Origin: Eledone cirrhosa
Lineage: Eukaryota
Assembly (NCBI GenBank): GCA_964016885.1
Contig: OZ024741.1
Location: forward strand, 47,306,001-47,370,000
Direction of reading: 5' to 3'
DNA: 64,000 nt
Part shown: positions 36,199 to 49,199 of the stretch, one piece after another
How positions within the stretch are numbered: position 1 is the stretch's first letter
Layout: every line of letters starts with the position of its first letter
Translations under genes and position numbers: made by a program
The notes under the pieces: model-generated
Seen by the model: only the letters and a program-made list of their open reading frames with translations
Told to the model about the DNA's origin: nothing
Database searches by the model: none

Positions 36199-36465
36199 AT
36201 CATCTTTTCTAAGTGGCGGCAGATTGTTGATTGGGATGAGTTGAGGTCAAGTGCTAATTCTCGAGTACTTTTTCGTGGATTGCATTGCACCAATTCTTTT
36301 AAAGCATCTCGATCGAGGTCTAAAGAATGTCCTGGTCTGGGTGCTTCTCTCAATAACGTATCCCCAGAACGAAACTTTGAAAACCAGTTTCTGACTTGGC
36401 AGTCAGTAATGACATCTTGACCATAAACACTACACATTTTCTTAGCTGTTTCTGTAGCGTTTTTT
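36199..36465 (-). mobile_element. Mariner transposase N-terminal HTH fragment
   Basis: KNATETARKMCSVYGQDVITDCQVRNWFSKFRSGD..APRPG..NPRKSTRELA...SQSTICRHLEK. Confidence 0.88.
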
Positions 36466-37500
36466 GTTATTCTTAAACTCCTACATTACGAGGTCTTCAT
36501 TGTCCCTACCTTGCTTTCTTTCTTCAATCCATGCCTGCTCCCCTTTGGTAGGTGACATCCTCTCCTTCCCAACTTGGACTACTTCCACTAGGGACTTGGA
36601 TGAAGCTTTACTACAGTGGCGAAAGCTGGGTTTGTCAGTCCCAGTTACTGATGAGGATAGAGTATGGTATAATCTGCGTTCGAGGGAAACTTTCAACTCT
36701 TTCTTTGATCTTTCTGATCAATTTTCTAGGTGCCGCTTACATTTTGCTAGCGCAAAGTTCTCGGAGGACTGGATTAATGCCCTGTCTGTGGCCAACATTG
36801 GTAGCCTTCTCAGCCAGGACGAACTCCGTATCTCTATTACACTTCGTTTGAGAGCCGACGTCTGTGGGGGTCTGAGATACCGCTGTGATAGATCCCTCGA
36901 CTCCACAGGTTTACATGGTTTGTCCTGCCACCTGAATGCTGGTCGTTTTGCCCGTCACACCGAGCTAAACCTGGTCATCAAGTGAGAGGTAGATGTCTCA
37001 CCTGGGACGATACAGTCTGTGACTCTTTTCCCCCTCCCATATCATAGACGCCGCGGTGAATGCGGGGGTCACTGCTTCCGCTGTCGAACGAAATAAAATT
37101 CGGTAATACCAGGACTTATCAAACAATTATTTTTTCCAGCCTGTGGCGTTCGAGACGTTCGGTGGAGTTGCGCCGCTGACAGCGAAGTTCTTGTCTTCAC
37201 TGGCGGCTCATCTTACTGGGGTGTCAGGTTATTTCAGCGCCTCACAATCACCTGTGATAGTGCTGCGAGCGTGTAGGCTTGCACGAAAGTGTACAATTAA
37301 CCCCCAAGGTGTAAGGTGTTGCCGATTGTCAGACTTGGTGGTGAAGTGCCCCCCCCCCCCCCCCTTTTCTCCTTCTTTCTTTCTTTTATCATTTTTGTTC
37401 ATGATTTTATATTTGTCATGTTATTTATGTATATATTTAAAACATATTTGCAACGTTATTCTACTGTAAATTTATACAACGATAAGAGTTATGTTAAGTT
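36466..37500 (+). mobile_element. CRE-clade LINE fragment (zinc-knuckle / restriction-like endonuclease region and 3' UTR)
   Basis: DWINAL..IGSLL..ELRISITLRL..GLHGLSC..AGRFARHTELN; QPVAFETFGG; UTR motif gccgattgtcagacttggtggtgaa. Confidence 0.8.
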
Positions 37501-38064
37501 TCAATAATATTTCTAGTTGACAACTGCAGTTTTGTAATCAAATTTTTGTTGTTGTTTTTTACTAAAACAAATTTGAAAAAAAAAAAATATAGTTTATACA
37601 GATAGTAACTAGACGGTGTCATTGACAATTATCCCTCGCATAAATAACACCGCTGACATAATATACAGGAACTTGTCCAGATACAACATATGCGACTTAT
37701 GACCACTCGAGCTACAGCCATTTATCATTTCTTCGGCAGTTAAATTCAAATATTCCTACGTCCGAACAAAGAGACAAAAAACATACCTTGGAAAAAGCGT
37801 ATAATGATACATTGAAAAAAAAAAAGATAAAATAAAATGTATTAGTCATGTAATATAGTATATATGATTAATGCATATAAAACTACCCCCTTTAAGGCCA
37901 TACATATAGGCCTTCAAGTTATGCCCATATCGACATGCGATCGTAACTCGATCTGTACATACAGAAATGTCTTTAGCTAAGATTCTCGACGAATACACAA
38001 ATACCATTATTATAACGCATAATTTGTTGGTGGTTCGTCTGACTGAATGAAATATCTGATGATA

Positions 38065-38620
38065 ATCGTGACGGTGCTTGGCTATTCCAGCGTCTCGTCC
38101 TCGCATCAACCGTGGCAATGCCGTAAATGTCCTGGCTTCTTAAAAAAATATATATGTGTGTGTGTGTAAAGAGAAAGATGGGGAAATGGGAAGAGACTCG
38201 CACATTAAGTCACACTATAACAAGGAGCGCTGGAGCTTCCCTCTAAATAATTTTTGTAACAAGCCAACAAACTTGTAGCATTGCCATAGGTGATAGCGTG
38301 GCTAAAGCGTTGGAATAACCAAGCGCCCTCGTCTGTAGCATTGCCATAGGTGATAGCGTGGCTAAAGCGTTGGAATAACCAAGCGCCCTCGTCTCCTTTC
38401 AACGCTCGCCGAAATCGTATCTACTTCCAGGCTTTCCTGAAAACGAAAAAGCCCATCTCATCATCCGAAATGTTTAAGAACTTCCTACATGTGAATTTTT
38501 TTTTCGATTCTGAACTACCCCCTCCTCCCAAATCACCCCAATAACGCGAAGTAGTCTGATAGGAGTCCAAGAGTAGAAAAAAACTTGCCTTAAACTTCGA
38601 TAGGACTTGCACGTTTCATT
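38065..38620. mobile_element. Two tail-to-tail CRE 3' ends (+ at ~38065-38145; - at ~38205-38620), the second with a 60-bp tandem duplication (38274-38394)
   Basis: DGAWLFQRL..NRGNAVNVLAS (+); DEGAWLFQRFSHAITYGNAT twice (-). Confidence 0.75.
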
Positions 38621-39074
38621 TCATTGTCTAACATTTTATATAGTTTTTTTTTTTTCATAATTAAACAAATATATTTATGATTCTTACAGAATGAACATGT
38701 ACATACAAATAATTGTTTCTACTTTAGGCACAAGGCCAGCAATTACCCAGTACATTATACAAATAATATATACAATACCTAAAGCGAACAATCAAAGGGT
38801 TAACATACACTGATGAGCCTCGTATAATCATTGATACATATGGGACAGGTATACCTGACAGTGAATAATTCGATCTCATGTAACAGTCGAGATCCTTGTT
38901 TGGGTTTTTTTAAATCTGGAATTTACTTTATATCACATCTAACAGCTGATTTGGAATTTTCAAAATAACAGATCAACATTTTAGTTCAGAATAAATTATA
39001 TTGTACGTTAAAGCCAAGACAAGGAAATATCTTTTCTAATGCCGTTATATGTTTTCGTTTCTATATCATTCCAT

Positions 39075-39300
39075 TGACCCTTGTGATGTGCGGCCGATTG
39101 TCGCACTTGGTGGTGAATTGATGGTCATCATTTTTGTTTTCCTTTTTTTCTTTCTTTCTCTCGCTCTGATCGTATATTTTTGTACGCTAAATTTGTTAGG
39201 TTCCTAGCAATAATTAATTGTATTTATTATATGTTTATATGTTCATTCTGAAAGAATTGTGAACAATGTGTAATGTTATTTATACAACAGAGAATAAACT
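39075..39300 (+). mobile_element. CRE 3' UTR copy (another at ~41420-41630)
   Basis: gatgtgcggccgattgtcgcacttggtggtgaattg...ggttcctagcaataattaattg...gaattgtgaacaat. Confidence 0.7.
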
Positions 39301-42044
39301 CCAATAAATGATTTAATGATTATCATTTCTGTATCCTGGAAATATTAATAAAATCCTGTTATTTACACACATTATTATAGATTTAAAACAAACTTTTGTC
39401 CACTCACCGTTTTCACATGTAAATAACGAGTCACTCTATACCCGATAGAGACAACGTAGACATAATTTTGTTTGAGCAAGTTATTCCCCTTTACGTAATT
39501 TCTCACGTCAATTATCCAATAAGGAAATAAGATATTTGCCGATGAGGTTTGTTTGGACTTCGTGGGCTTCAGTTTTGATTTTATGAGATCATCTAACCAT
39601 ATTTCATAATCCCACAACATTCATTTACAGTACACCACTGAAACTGTGTCTCCCACTCCCTGATACCTACTATCATAGCCGTTGAAGTCAACAGGCTTCA
39701 ATTCTGACGGGAAAATTGACAACGTCAAAATCCTTTTAATTCGGTGTAGCGTGATGAGGGGCACGACCTGGCACCGTGACAAGAGGACATGTTTAGTACA
39801 AACTTGTTGATAGTAGCATTTAACGTGGAGACAAGATGTAGGACAAATTCGATGTGTGTGTGTGTGCATTCATCGACGAGAAGTGTGCCGGTTGACGAAA
39901 ATGGAGCCGTGTTGAGTTAGACACGATAGTTTGTAAAGCAATCCTAAACAGGCGTGCTGGTTGAAGGAAGACTGGATCCTCGTGCTGATGATACTGCATT
40001 AGGTATTGTCCCAGAGACCATGAAACATTTCAGCGCGCTCATCAACAGAAAACCAAGTGAAATATGTTTCTATTGCAGGGCGAGTACTGGCATCAAATGA
40101 CACAGCATTCCAACCCATACATGAGGTTTTAGAATAACCCAAGCCCTTATTGGTCATGTCTCTAACTACTTCCAAATATGTAATCACTACCCTGAGATCT
40201 TTCCTGGATGGAAACAGCAGTGGTGTTTTGGCTTGTTACCACGTTTGCTTCAGTCGACCACTGTACTAAGGAATAGCTCCCTCCCCCAGCCAACCTTCTC
40301 TATCATAGCCGTGACCCTTTCTACTCTACCAATTAGGCTGTTAAGAAATAAAGGTGGAAGTAGATATCCCATTGCAGTTGGTAACAATTCCCAATAACAC
40401 ACAGCCAGTATTGCCTCATGGTGAGTTTGTGCTCAACGATCCAGTCTACCTTCAACAAAGCAGAACTACATCTCAAGTGGATAGCCTTTGACCTTATAGC
40501 TGTTGACATTGATACTGCCACACCAGTCCTTGTATAGTGACTAGCATGTGCTCTACTTCACCTGATATTTCTAAAATCTTATAAAATATCCTTGATGGTT
40601 CAGCTACTTTCCCAGCCTTCATATCCTTAATTGTACTTTCAGTCACACAGTTGTCAACTTTAATGGCTAGTCCCTGTAATGTCTATTTGGAATAGGCCGT
40701 TTCCTTCCCTTGGATTCTCCATATTCAATAACCTCTCATAGTCACTTCCATTTCAGTGTCAGTGAGAGTAAGTGTAATGCTATCATTCCAGACACTTCAG
40801 TGTCTTGAATGATAGCACAACTTCAGTCTCTCTGGAACACTGCTTTGCAACCCAGAACACTACACTGCAGATGTGCAAACTTCTTACTTTCTGCTTCTCT
40901 CCTAGCTATGTATACCAGATACCTGACTTCTCTTTTAGCTATAATGTGGTGCTGTCTGCTGCCAACTTCTAGTCTTCCCAAGCTCATATCTTAGCTTTTA
41001 AGACTCTATCTGGAGTACTATTCCACCAGCATGTCACCTGTCTGGCTTGTATCTTGCCTCAACAGATCTTCTCTGTTGCTCACAGCAGATTATCATAGAA
41101 AATCCCAGTTGTCCTCTATGTATGTTGTAGTAGAGAGTGATTTTATCAAGTTTCAGGTGATTATCATTTTAATGTTCATCAGTATGGTTACCATTTGGAT
41201 ATAAATGTGTCTTCACAAATATCATTACTGATTATATTAAAACTAGAGTGATACCTGTCATATGACAGGTATTTGAGACAGAAGGGATAGAAGGTGAAAT
41301 TGATACAGCCACCTTTGAAGATTGAACCCATGATGTAACTAAATACCACATAGGTTTTTTTTCTTTTGGTTTTCTTTGTCGAACACTATACCATCGCTAA
41401 CACAATGCCAGACAATTAAAAAGATTGTCTCACTTGGTGGTGAATTGATGGTCATTTTGTTTTTCTTTCCCTCACTTTGATCATATATTTTGGTGCATTG
41501 TATTTGTTAGGTTCCTAGCAATAGTTAATTGTATTTATTATGCATTTATATTTTAATTCTGAAAGAATTGTGAACAATTGAAATGTTATTTATACAACTG
41601 TGAATAAAAAATATCTAATGTTAAATTTAAAAAGTTGGGCTTAATCAATATTATTGATCTACACTACATAACTGGTGAGGGAGCTTCAATGTGTTCGTTT
41701 GACTCGTCTAAAATAGCAGTCAAATCTACCTCAAATCTCACAACAATGTCCAGAAAAAGAAAGACACAATAGCCAACACTGTCCTGCTTGAATTGCACCA
41801 AGGAAATTGACCAGCCTGTCACAGCTAGTATGTCACTGATCACAAATATCATCATAATCATTTTATGTCTGTTTGTCTATGCTAGCATAGGTTGAATGGA
41901 TCTTGAGAGACCAAGTTAGAACTAGTATCCTTCTAGAAGTCTACGTCTCACTCACAAACATCCCAGTTTCATCATGGTTTCTACAACTGGATTCTCTTCT
42001 TATCACCAACCATATTAGAGAGCAGCTAAAGTCTAAAGACTGTC

Positions 42045-42306
42045 TCGAGCATGGAGGCTCATCAGGCCAGTGCTTATTCCGGTTTCTGTTGCGTAAAGCA
42101 ACTGAGAGTGCATGACTTCCCCTGGACAGAATGCCAGTCCATTGCATGGTTAAACCCCCAGCTACTGCTGATACTCATTTTCAGCTGAGTATACTGGAAC
42201 ATATGATATGTTTTGCTCAAGAACACAACACATAACTCAACTCAGGAATCAAACCCTCGACATCATGACTATAAGTCCAACAGCCTCACCACTAAGTCAC
42301 ACACCT
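42045..42306 (-). mobile_element. tRNA-derived SINE with CORE- and V-domain-like segments
   Basis: Minus strand: gtgacttagtgg..ggtttgattcc head, gtgttcttgagcaaaaca core, atggactggcattctgtccagggg V-like motif. Confidence 0.6.
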
Positions 42307-43149
42307 CTACCATTAGAGAGGGTACTGGGTGCATCTTATTGTGTCACTAGCACTTTACTTGACTGAAGAACCCTCTAAAGAGCAATGGTGGAGGTGGGTA
42401 GTGTATGAACAGGTCGGGTTACATCTGCACAGAGGATGTATTAAATAAAGTGAGGAGAGATACAAAGGAATAGCAGATATTATAACAAGTGGAAGGATTA
42501 ATAGAAGCAAACCAGGCATCGCTAGTACCATATGTCTCCAATCAGCATGGTCCTTTGTCATCTCTGACATTAGGTTCGGTCAGTCTTCACATCATCATAC
42601 ATTTTCGTGGGTTTACCCCTTCCACACGCCCTATCTTATAGGAGGTGGGGAGAGTTGCTCTAGAGTTCCAAATAATAGAGGCTGTTGGAATAAGCGGGGT
42701 GGGAGTGAAAATTTGGTAATTTTTCTAGGTTGTCTGTTTATTTATTTTATAATGTATGTGATTTCTAATAATGTAGTTTGTTTGTCATGTTTTTTATAAT
42801 GTCTAAAGAAAATTTATTGTTGCAGGAATGCTACCACTTAAAATAAAATTTCGCCAGAGATAAATTAACAAAATTTAATAAGTGGGGTGTGAGGTGGATA
42901 TTGGGTGGGGTGGTGAATCTGAAAAATTAATAACATGGGATAATTATTTGAGACTCAAATTTCTTTTTTTTTGCACATCTCCGTTCTACTATTTCCCATA
43001 ATCTTAAAAGGAAGCCCAAAGATGGTCTCACAATATACTAGAAATAGCAGCAAAAGCGAAGTGTATTTTATCATGGTACTAGTACTACCACTTTACAGAA
43101 TGGACTGGGTATATTTATATATTTACTTATAAACAATAGTTGACATAAG

Positions 43150-43810
43150 AAGCATTAGACAACAAAAGCTTTTTCCATGCAAATGAAAAGACAGTTGTAT
43201 GGCACCTGTGTGTGGAGTGTCATGCTGCATGGTAGTGAAACATGGGTAGAGTGAGTAGAGAGGATATGTGTAGGCTGAAGAGAAATGAAACAAGAATGCT
43301 TTGATGGATGTGCAATGTTAATGTGAGAGAACAGCTGTGCTTGGATGAGCTGAGAGAAAAAAAATGGATTTAGCCCTTTAGCATTTACATTAATCTATAT
43401 TTACTATCGTATTTTCACGGTAAAAAACTTTATTTCACATAATATCGAATCTACAAGATTTTGAGAAAATACCTTAACATAAGTATGAGCAGCCGGTTAT
43501 GACCAGTTTCAATAGAAGGAGGTAAGAATTCTGGCCAGTTTAAATGCTAAAGGGTTAAGAGGAATAAGAAATAGTGTGCAAGATAGAAGACTGCATTGAT
43601 ATAGACACGTGATGCATATAGATGATGAACGCTGGGTGAAGAAATGCCAGGAAATCCCAGTAGAAGGAAATCACAATAGAGGTAGACTAAGGAAGACTTG
43701 GGCAGAAATGATAAGAGCTGATCTCAAATCGCTGAAACTCATGGAGATGCGCTGAAAAGACCCATCCAATCCATTCAAACATAGAAAGATGGATGCAAAA
43801 ATGACGATGA
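43150..43810 (+). mobile_element. RTE LINE 3' fragment interrupted by a piggyBac-type MITE; further RTE remnants at ~24721-25080(-), 40370-41120(-) and 45643-45900(-)
   Basis: MLHGSETW..RLKRNETRML; LREK..LRGIRNSVQDRRL; RGRLRKTWAEMIRADL. Confidence 0.7.
43374..43554 (+). mobile_element. piggyBac-type MITE
   Basis: TIR ccctttagcattta/taaatgctaaaggg with TTAG/TTAA flanks; same family as 45435-45638. Confidence 0.8.
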
Positions 43811-45434
43811 TGATGATACATATACACATATATGAGTCGATGAGGGAACTGACTCTAGGCAATGAATCTGGTGAATGGTACCCGTCAGTCTGGGAAGGTA
43901 GTTCATAAAAAAAAAGCGCTACTTTACAGCCACAGTTATTCATGGAAAAAGGGTTCAAGAGTAAAGCCTAAGAGCAAATGAGCAGCTGGAGTCCCCAAAG
44001 CACTCCAAAGTTGATCTCAACTTCATTCTGTCAATTCCTGTTACATCAAAAAGCAGCAGTCTTCTGGTCTTGATTAGCACAGAGTATGATGCCATGGGTT
44101 GTTTTCAGTGGATAAAGAAATCATTATGTTTTGCTGGACAGCTGTCCAACAAGAGTCTGCTTGCTCTACAGGATACATGAGGCTTAGGGATACAAACAAT
44201 CTAAATAACGGATGGTATACTCTGTACCAGGCAAATGTAAGAAACAAAGAAAAAAGTCAGCACAAACTAGGATACTGGAATGTATGGGCATTGACCACCA
44301 GATTATCAGATGATCTTTGGGAAATCAGTAATACATGAAAGTAGCAGTGATCAACAAACTGCTGAAACTTCACCAGATTCAGCTCACCTATTCAGAAATT
44401 CTATGCAAGAGAGACCATACTTTCTTTTTCACTGATAGCTCTCATCAAAGGTTTGAGAGGACTCTTCAGTCAAGTCATGACAGTCTTCCTAAGGCAATTG
44501 CTATGATGAAATGCACCCAGTACACTCTGTAAAGTGCAGGAATGTATGTAGGCAATACACTGCCCCCAGTTAAGTAATGACATTGTTCTATGATGACCTG
44601 TCCAAGCCTTGCTAGCAAGGAAAATAGATGTCTCTCTTTCAATAATCATCAGTAACTATTCTCCCAGTTGTCAACCTACTAACTGTATCATCTCTTCTAA
44701 TCTCTGCTGTTACAGCTTCAACACTTCTGACACCCATCAACTGCTTTAGTTTCCTCAACCATACATACAAACCATTGTGAGGTCTGTCCATGGAAGGGAA
44801 TCTAATGTCTCAAGCCTTGTGGTTATCACTTATATCAACACTGTTTGAAACATTTGCAAGGATGAGTGACCACATAGGGTTCAGCATTGAATAAGGATTC
44901 ATGTTATAACATCCTGTATAACTACAAGGTTTAGCTGAAAAGTTCATAGGCTGACCAAGATTCTTCATGGAATGACCAAATGAGGTTTATTTTTCAATAT
45001 AGTCCCTAGAAAGAACCAATGTAGTTATTAAGAGTTGAAATTAATGCATGCAAGCTTTCACAGCTCTACCATCACTTCTTCATAGGCTGACCAAGATACT
45101 CTCATGGAATGAGAATGTTTTTATACTGAAGTCCCTAATCACCAATCTATGTTGGGTGGTGCGTTCTTCACCAGAGAAAGACTTCTGCCTGTCTTGCTTG
45201 CTGGAGAGAATAAAGTTGATTTAGGTTTTGTGTTCGCCTTATTGGCAAGTGATCAGGTAGCCAATCAGTTTCCTGAAGTTAGTGTTGCAAAGGAACCAAA
45301 ACTTCCAGCTCACACCAAAGCCATAGTCTCCATGGAATCCATCTTAGTACTGCTCAATATGTCTGTTGAAGTCACAAACCAAGATGAAAATATTAATGTC
45401 AAGCATCATCAAGATATTCTGCAGGAGGACTTAA

Positions 45435-45638
45435 CCCTTTAACATTTAAACCGGCTGTATTTGACAGTATTCTCTCACCTCTTTCTGTTCAAACTAGCCA
45501 TAACCGACCACTCATACCGACGTTAAGGTATTGTTCTCAAAATAAATACCAAAATCTCATAGATTCCATATTATGTGAAATAAAGCCTTTACCACAAAAA
45601 TACAATAGTAAATATAGAGTAATGTAAATGCTAAAGGG
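45435..45638 (-). mobile_element. piggyBac-type MITE
   Basis: TTAA-ccctttaacattta...taaatgctaaaggg-TTAA; interior is reverse-complement homologous to 43374-43554. Confidence 0.85.
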
Positions 45639-46490
45639 TTAATAGAAGCAGCCCTTCTCTTTGTCTACAATTCTAGCTTGTGATGCGTATGTAGAGATAA
45701 ATGTTTTTATCATATTGTCCAAGATTAGTCTAAGCTTAATTATTCTACCACGCACTAAGACTACCTCAACTATTTTATCTGTCCATTTTCCTGTTACATA
45801 AGATACCCCATTGCTGCTACCCACACAGAAGTATACCGTTGTTCCCAAATGTGAGGAGTCTGGCTGAAGCCCTCTCCATCACACCTTTTCCACACAGTAT
45901 TCACTTCAACCATCAAGTTATGAAAGAAACATGATATAAATAAATGACAAACTTATATCTTGCCAACAACACAATTATGGGTTACATACATATATTAAAT
46001 TTAAACCAGAATAGTACATATGAAACATGAAAAAATTGATGTAAGATCCAGAATATATATATATTATATGTATATTTTATTATGGTGTAATGAAATATTT
46101 TCGTTTGTGGTACAGTGATAGTATATTTGATGCAAGAGAGTCATGCTGGTGCAACAACAAAAAGTACCAATTCTACGAAGTAAGATGGTAGTGCTGGTGT
46201 CACAAAAATAAAAAAAATCCATCCAATGTACCCTGTAAGGTGGTTTTAGTTGTGTCACGACAAAAAGCTTTCAGTCCGCCCTGTAGGGTGGTTGACATTA
46301 GGAAGAGCATACAACCATAAAAAAAAGAAAAACAAGTAAAAAACAGAATGCATGAGCAAGACATGGTCATCAATGTAGATATAGATGAAGCTATATAAAA
46401 TATAGTATTGAGAGGTTGTTATTACACTGATATACTTCCAGTGTGAATACATTTATGATTATATAAGATTAAATTTTGACGTTGATACAG

Positions 46491-47942
46491 TTACTCTTTG
46501 GTATGAATATCTAAATGTGTAGTAAAGTGACATTTTTTAGAATATGATTTACCACATATATCACAGTGGTATGGTTTCTCTTTTGTATGCATATGCTTGT
46601 GTCTCTGTAAAGTACTTCCATAAGAAAATGATTTACTACAAATATCACAATGATATGGTTTCTCTCCTGTATGAATATACTTGTGTGCAATTAGGTGATT
46701 TCCTTCAGAGAATGATTTACCACATATATCACAGTGGTATGGTTTCTCTCCCCTATGCATATGCTTGTGTCTCTTTAAAGTACTTCCATGAGAGAATGAT
46801 TTACTACAAATATCACAATGATATGGCTTTACGCCTGTATGAATACGCTTGTGTGCAGTTAGGTGATTTCCTTCAGAGAATAATTTACCACAGATATCAC
46901 AGTGATATGGCTTCTCTCCTGTATGAGTACGTCTATGCGCAGTTAAGGTACCATTTAAAGAGAAGGATTTACTACAAACATCACAGTGATATGGCTTCTC
47001 TCCTGTATGAATACGCATGTGTTTAGTTAAAACACCATTTTCAGAGAAGGATTTCCCACAGATATAACAGTAATATGGCTTCTCTCCTGTATGAATGCGT
47101 TTGTGTTTAGTTAATATACCATTTTCAGAGAATGATTTATCACAAATATCACAGTGATATGGCTTCTCTCCTGTGTGTACGCGTTTGTGAATAGTCAAGT
47201 GATGATTTCGAGAAAATGCTTTACCACAGATATCACAGCGATATGGCTTCTCTCCTGTATGAATACGTTTGTGATTAGTTAAATGTTGATTTTGAGAGAA
47301 TAGTTTACCACACACATCACAGCGATGTGACCTCTCCTTTGTATGAATACATTTGCTATTAGTTGAGACACTACTTCCAGAGAATGATATATTACATATA
47401 TTGCAGCGATATGGCTTTTCCCCTGTATGAATGTGTTTGTGCTTAGTTAAAATACTTTTTCTAGAAAATGATTTACAGCAGATATCACACTGATATGGTT
47501 TCTCTCCTGTATGACTACGTTTGTGTATAGTTAAATGACTAGTTACATAGAATGATTTACCACAGATATCACAGTGATATAATTTCTCTCCTGTGTGGAT
47601 GCGTTTATGAAGAACTAAGTTACTACTCTGAGAGAATGATTTACCACAGATATCACAGTGATATGGTTTTTCTCCTGAATGAATAAGTTTGTGAACAGTT
47701 AAGTTACCACTCTGAGAGAATGATTTGCCACAGATATCACAGTAATATGGTTTTTTTCCTGTATGAATAAGTTTGTGAGTAGTTAAGTGATAATTTCGAG
47801 AGAATGATTTACCACAGATATCACAGTGGTATGGTTTTTCTTGAGTAGGAATACATTTGTGAGTAGTTAGTTGACATTTTTGTGAGAATGAAGTTTTACA
47901 GATATCACAATGGTATGATGATTTTCCTATCTTTTTAGACAT
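46491..47942 (-). CDS. Tandem C2H2 zinc-finger protein, 17 finger units (units 1 and 7 each lack a His ligand)
   Basis: Open 483-aa frame of [17 protein letters not shown] repeats; acceptor ttatttcag| at 48375/48374; paralog of the 25765 gene. Confidence 0.92.
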   Translation of the reverse strand: MSKKIGKSSYHCDICKTSFSQKCQLTTHKCIPTQEKPYHCDICGKSFSRNYHLTTHKLIHTGKKPYYCDICGKSFSQSGNLTVHKLIHSGEKPYHCDICGKSFSQSSNLVLHKRIHTGEKLYHCDICGKSFYVTSHLTIHKRSHTGEKPYQCDICCKSFSRKSILTKHKHIHTGEKPYRCNICNISFSGSSVSTNSKCIHTKERSHRCDVCGKLFSQNQHLTNHKRIHTGEKPYRCDICGKAFSRNHHLTIHKRVHTGEKPYHCDICDKSFSENGILTKHKRIHTGEKPYYCYICGKSFSENGVLTKHMRIHTGEKPYHCDVCSKSFSLNGTLTAHRRTHTGEKPYHCDICGKLFSEGNHLTAHKRIHTGVKPYHCDICSKSFSHGSTLKRHKHMHRGEKPYHCDICGKSFSEGNHLIAHKYIHTGEKPYHCDICSKSFSYGSTLQRHKHMHTKEKPYHCDICGKSYSKKCHFTTHLDIHTKE

Positions 47943-48770
47943 TGTTTCAAGTTTAAATCAATCTTTTAAATTTCTTATGAAATTCAATTTTCTTTTAACT
48001 TTCTGTCTCTCACCACCATATATAGATAATTTTCTTGTTTTCAATTTTATATATTGCCAAGTTCATGGAAATATTTCTGCTGCTATATTTCTGTGATTTT
48101 TGTCAATATCTTAAGATAATACAAGCTCCATTGTAAATTTGTCACAGACTAATTAGAATCCCAAATCATCTTGTACACATTCCACTCAATGAAATAGAGA
48201 AATGTTGTTATTAATCTCAGTTCAGATGAAATATTTCACAGCACTTTTATCATAAATTTATATATAGTGTTATATCTGCTCTGTATAATGTCTTTCTTTA
48301 GTCTTTAAGAGATGATAAATATTGATGATGTATCTTATACAAAGAATTCTTTAATGCCAATATCATCTGATATTCTGAAATAATAACAAAACAGTATAAG
48401 AAAGAGAAGACACTTAAAAAATAGAGATTCAACGGTTGAAATTTTACTACATTTCTATAGTGATAAGCTGTAGATTTAAACATTTACCTTTACTATGAAT
48501 TTATTAAAATTGCATCACACAATCAATGAAGTCTACACATTTACAATTGTGTAACATCTATATTATCATCATCATGTCCAGACCAATGCTAGCGTGGAAA
48601 ATGGACATTAAATGATGATGATGATGTTTTACGTCCATTTTCAACACTAGCATGGGTTAGACTGGTTGTGCCATTAGAAGCAAGTTGGGTCAGGTGACCA
48701 TGTCATGTTCATACAGAACTGTTTCTGGCTAGGTGCCTACGGGTGGATGGCCTTCTTAACGCCAACCACA

Positions 48771-48996
48771 TTTATAGTGTGGACTGGGTGCTTTTTGTAG
48801 TGACACCTACACTACCACTTTATAGTGTGGACTGGGTGCTTTTTGTCATGACACCTACACTACCACTTTATAGTGTGGACTGGGTGCTTTTTGTCATGAC
48901 ACCTACACTACCACTTTATAGTGTGGACTGGGTGCTTATTGTCGTAACACCTACAATACCACCTTACAGTGCGGGCTGTGCTTTTTTGTTGTGACA
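48771..48996. repeat. 48-bp minisatellite, about 4.7 copies
   Basis: Unit tttatagtgtggactgggtgctttttgtcatgacacctacactaccac. Confidence 0.92.
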
Positions 48997-49199
48997 TATA
49001 ATGTTCATTGTCAGTGTGTGTCCAGCTTGTACTTAGAAATAACCATATATTTATTGTTCACAACCTTACAAGACAAGTAAACGGAATAATTATTTTGCAG
49101 AGGATGATTTGAATAGAACCAGCGATGACTGGAATGAGATGGTCAATGTTGAGGAAGGATGAAAGTGATTATATATATAGGGACTCCTGACTTAAACTC

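Noticed and set aside
38808-38900. CTGATGA-gcc as a further hammerhead (likewise minus-strand ctgatgaggac at ~53406-53416)
   Set aside because: No matching stem II and GAAA half found nearby.
46544-47026. Repetitive antisense/alternative-frame ORFs over ZNF genes and LINEs (e.g. 25937-26155, 10932-11693)
   Set aside because: Shadows of the periodic or GC-rich sense ORFs.
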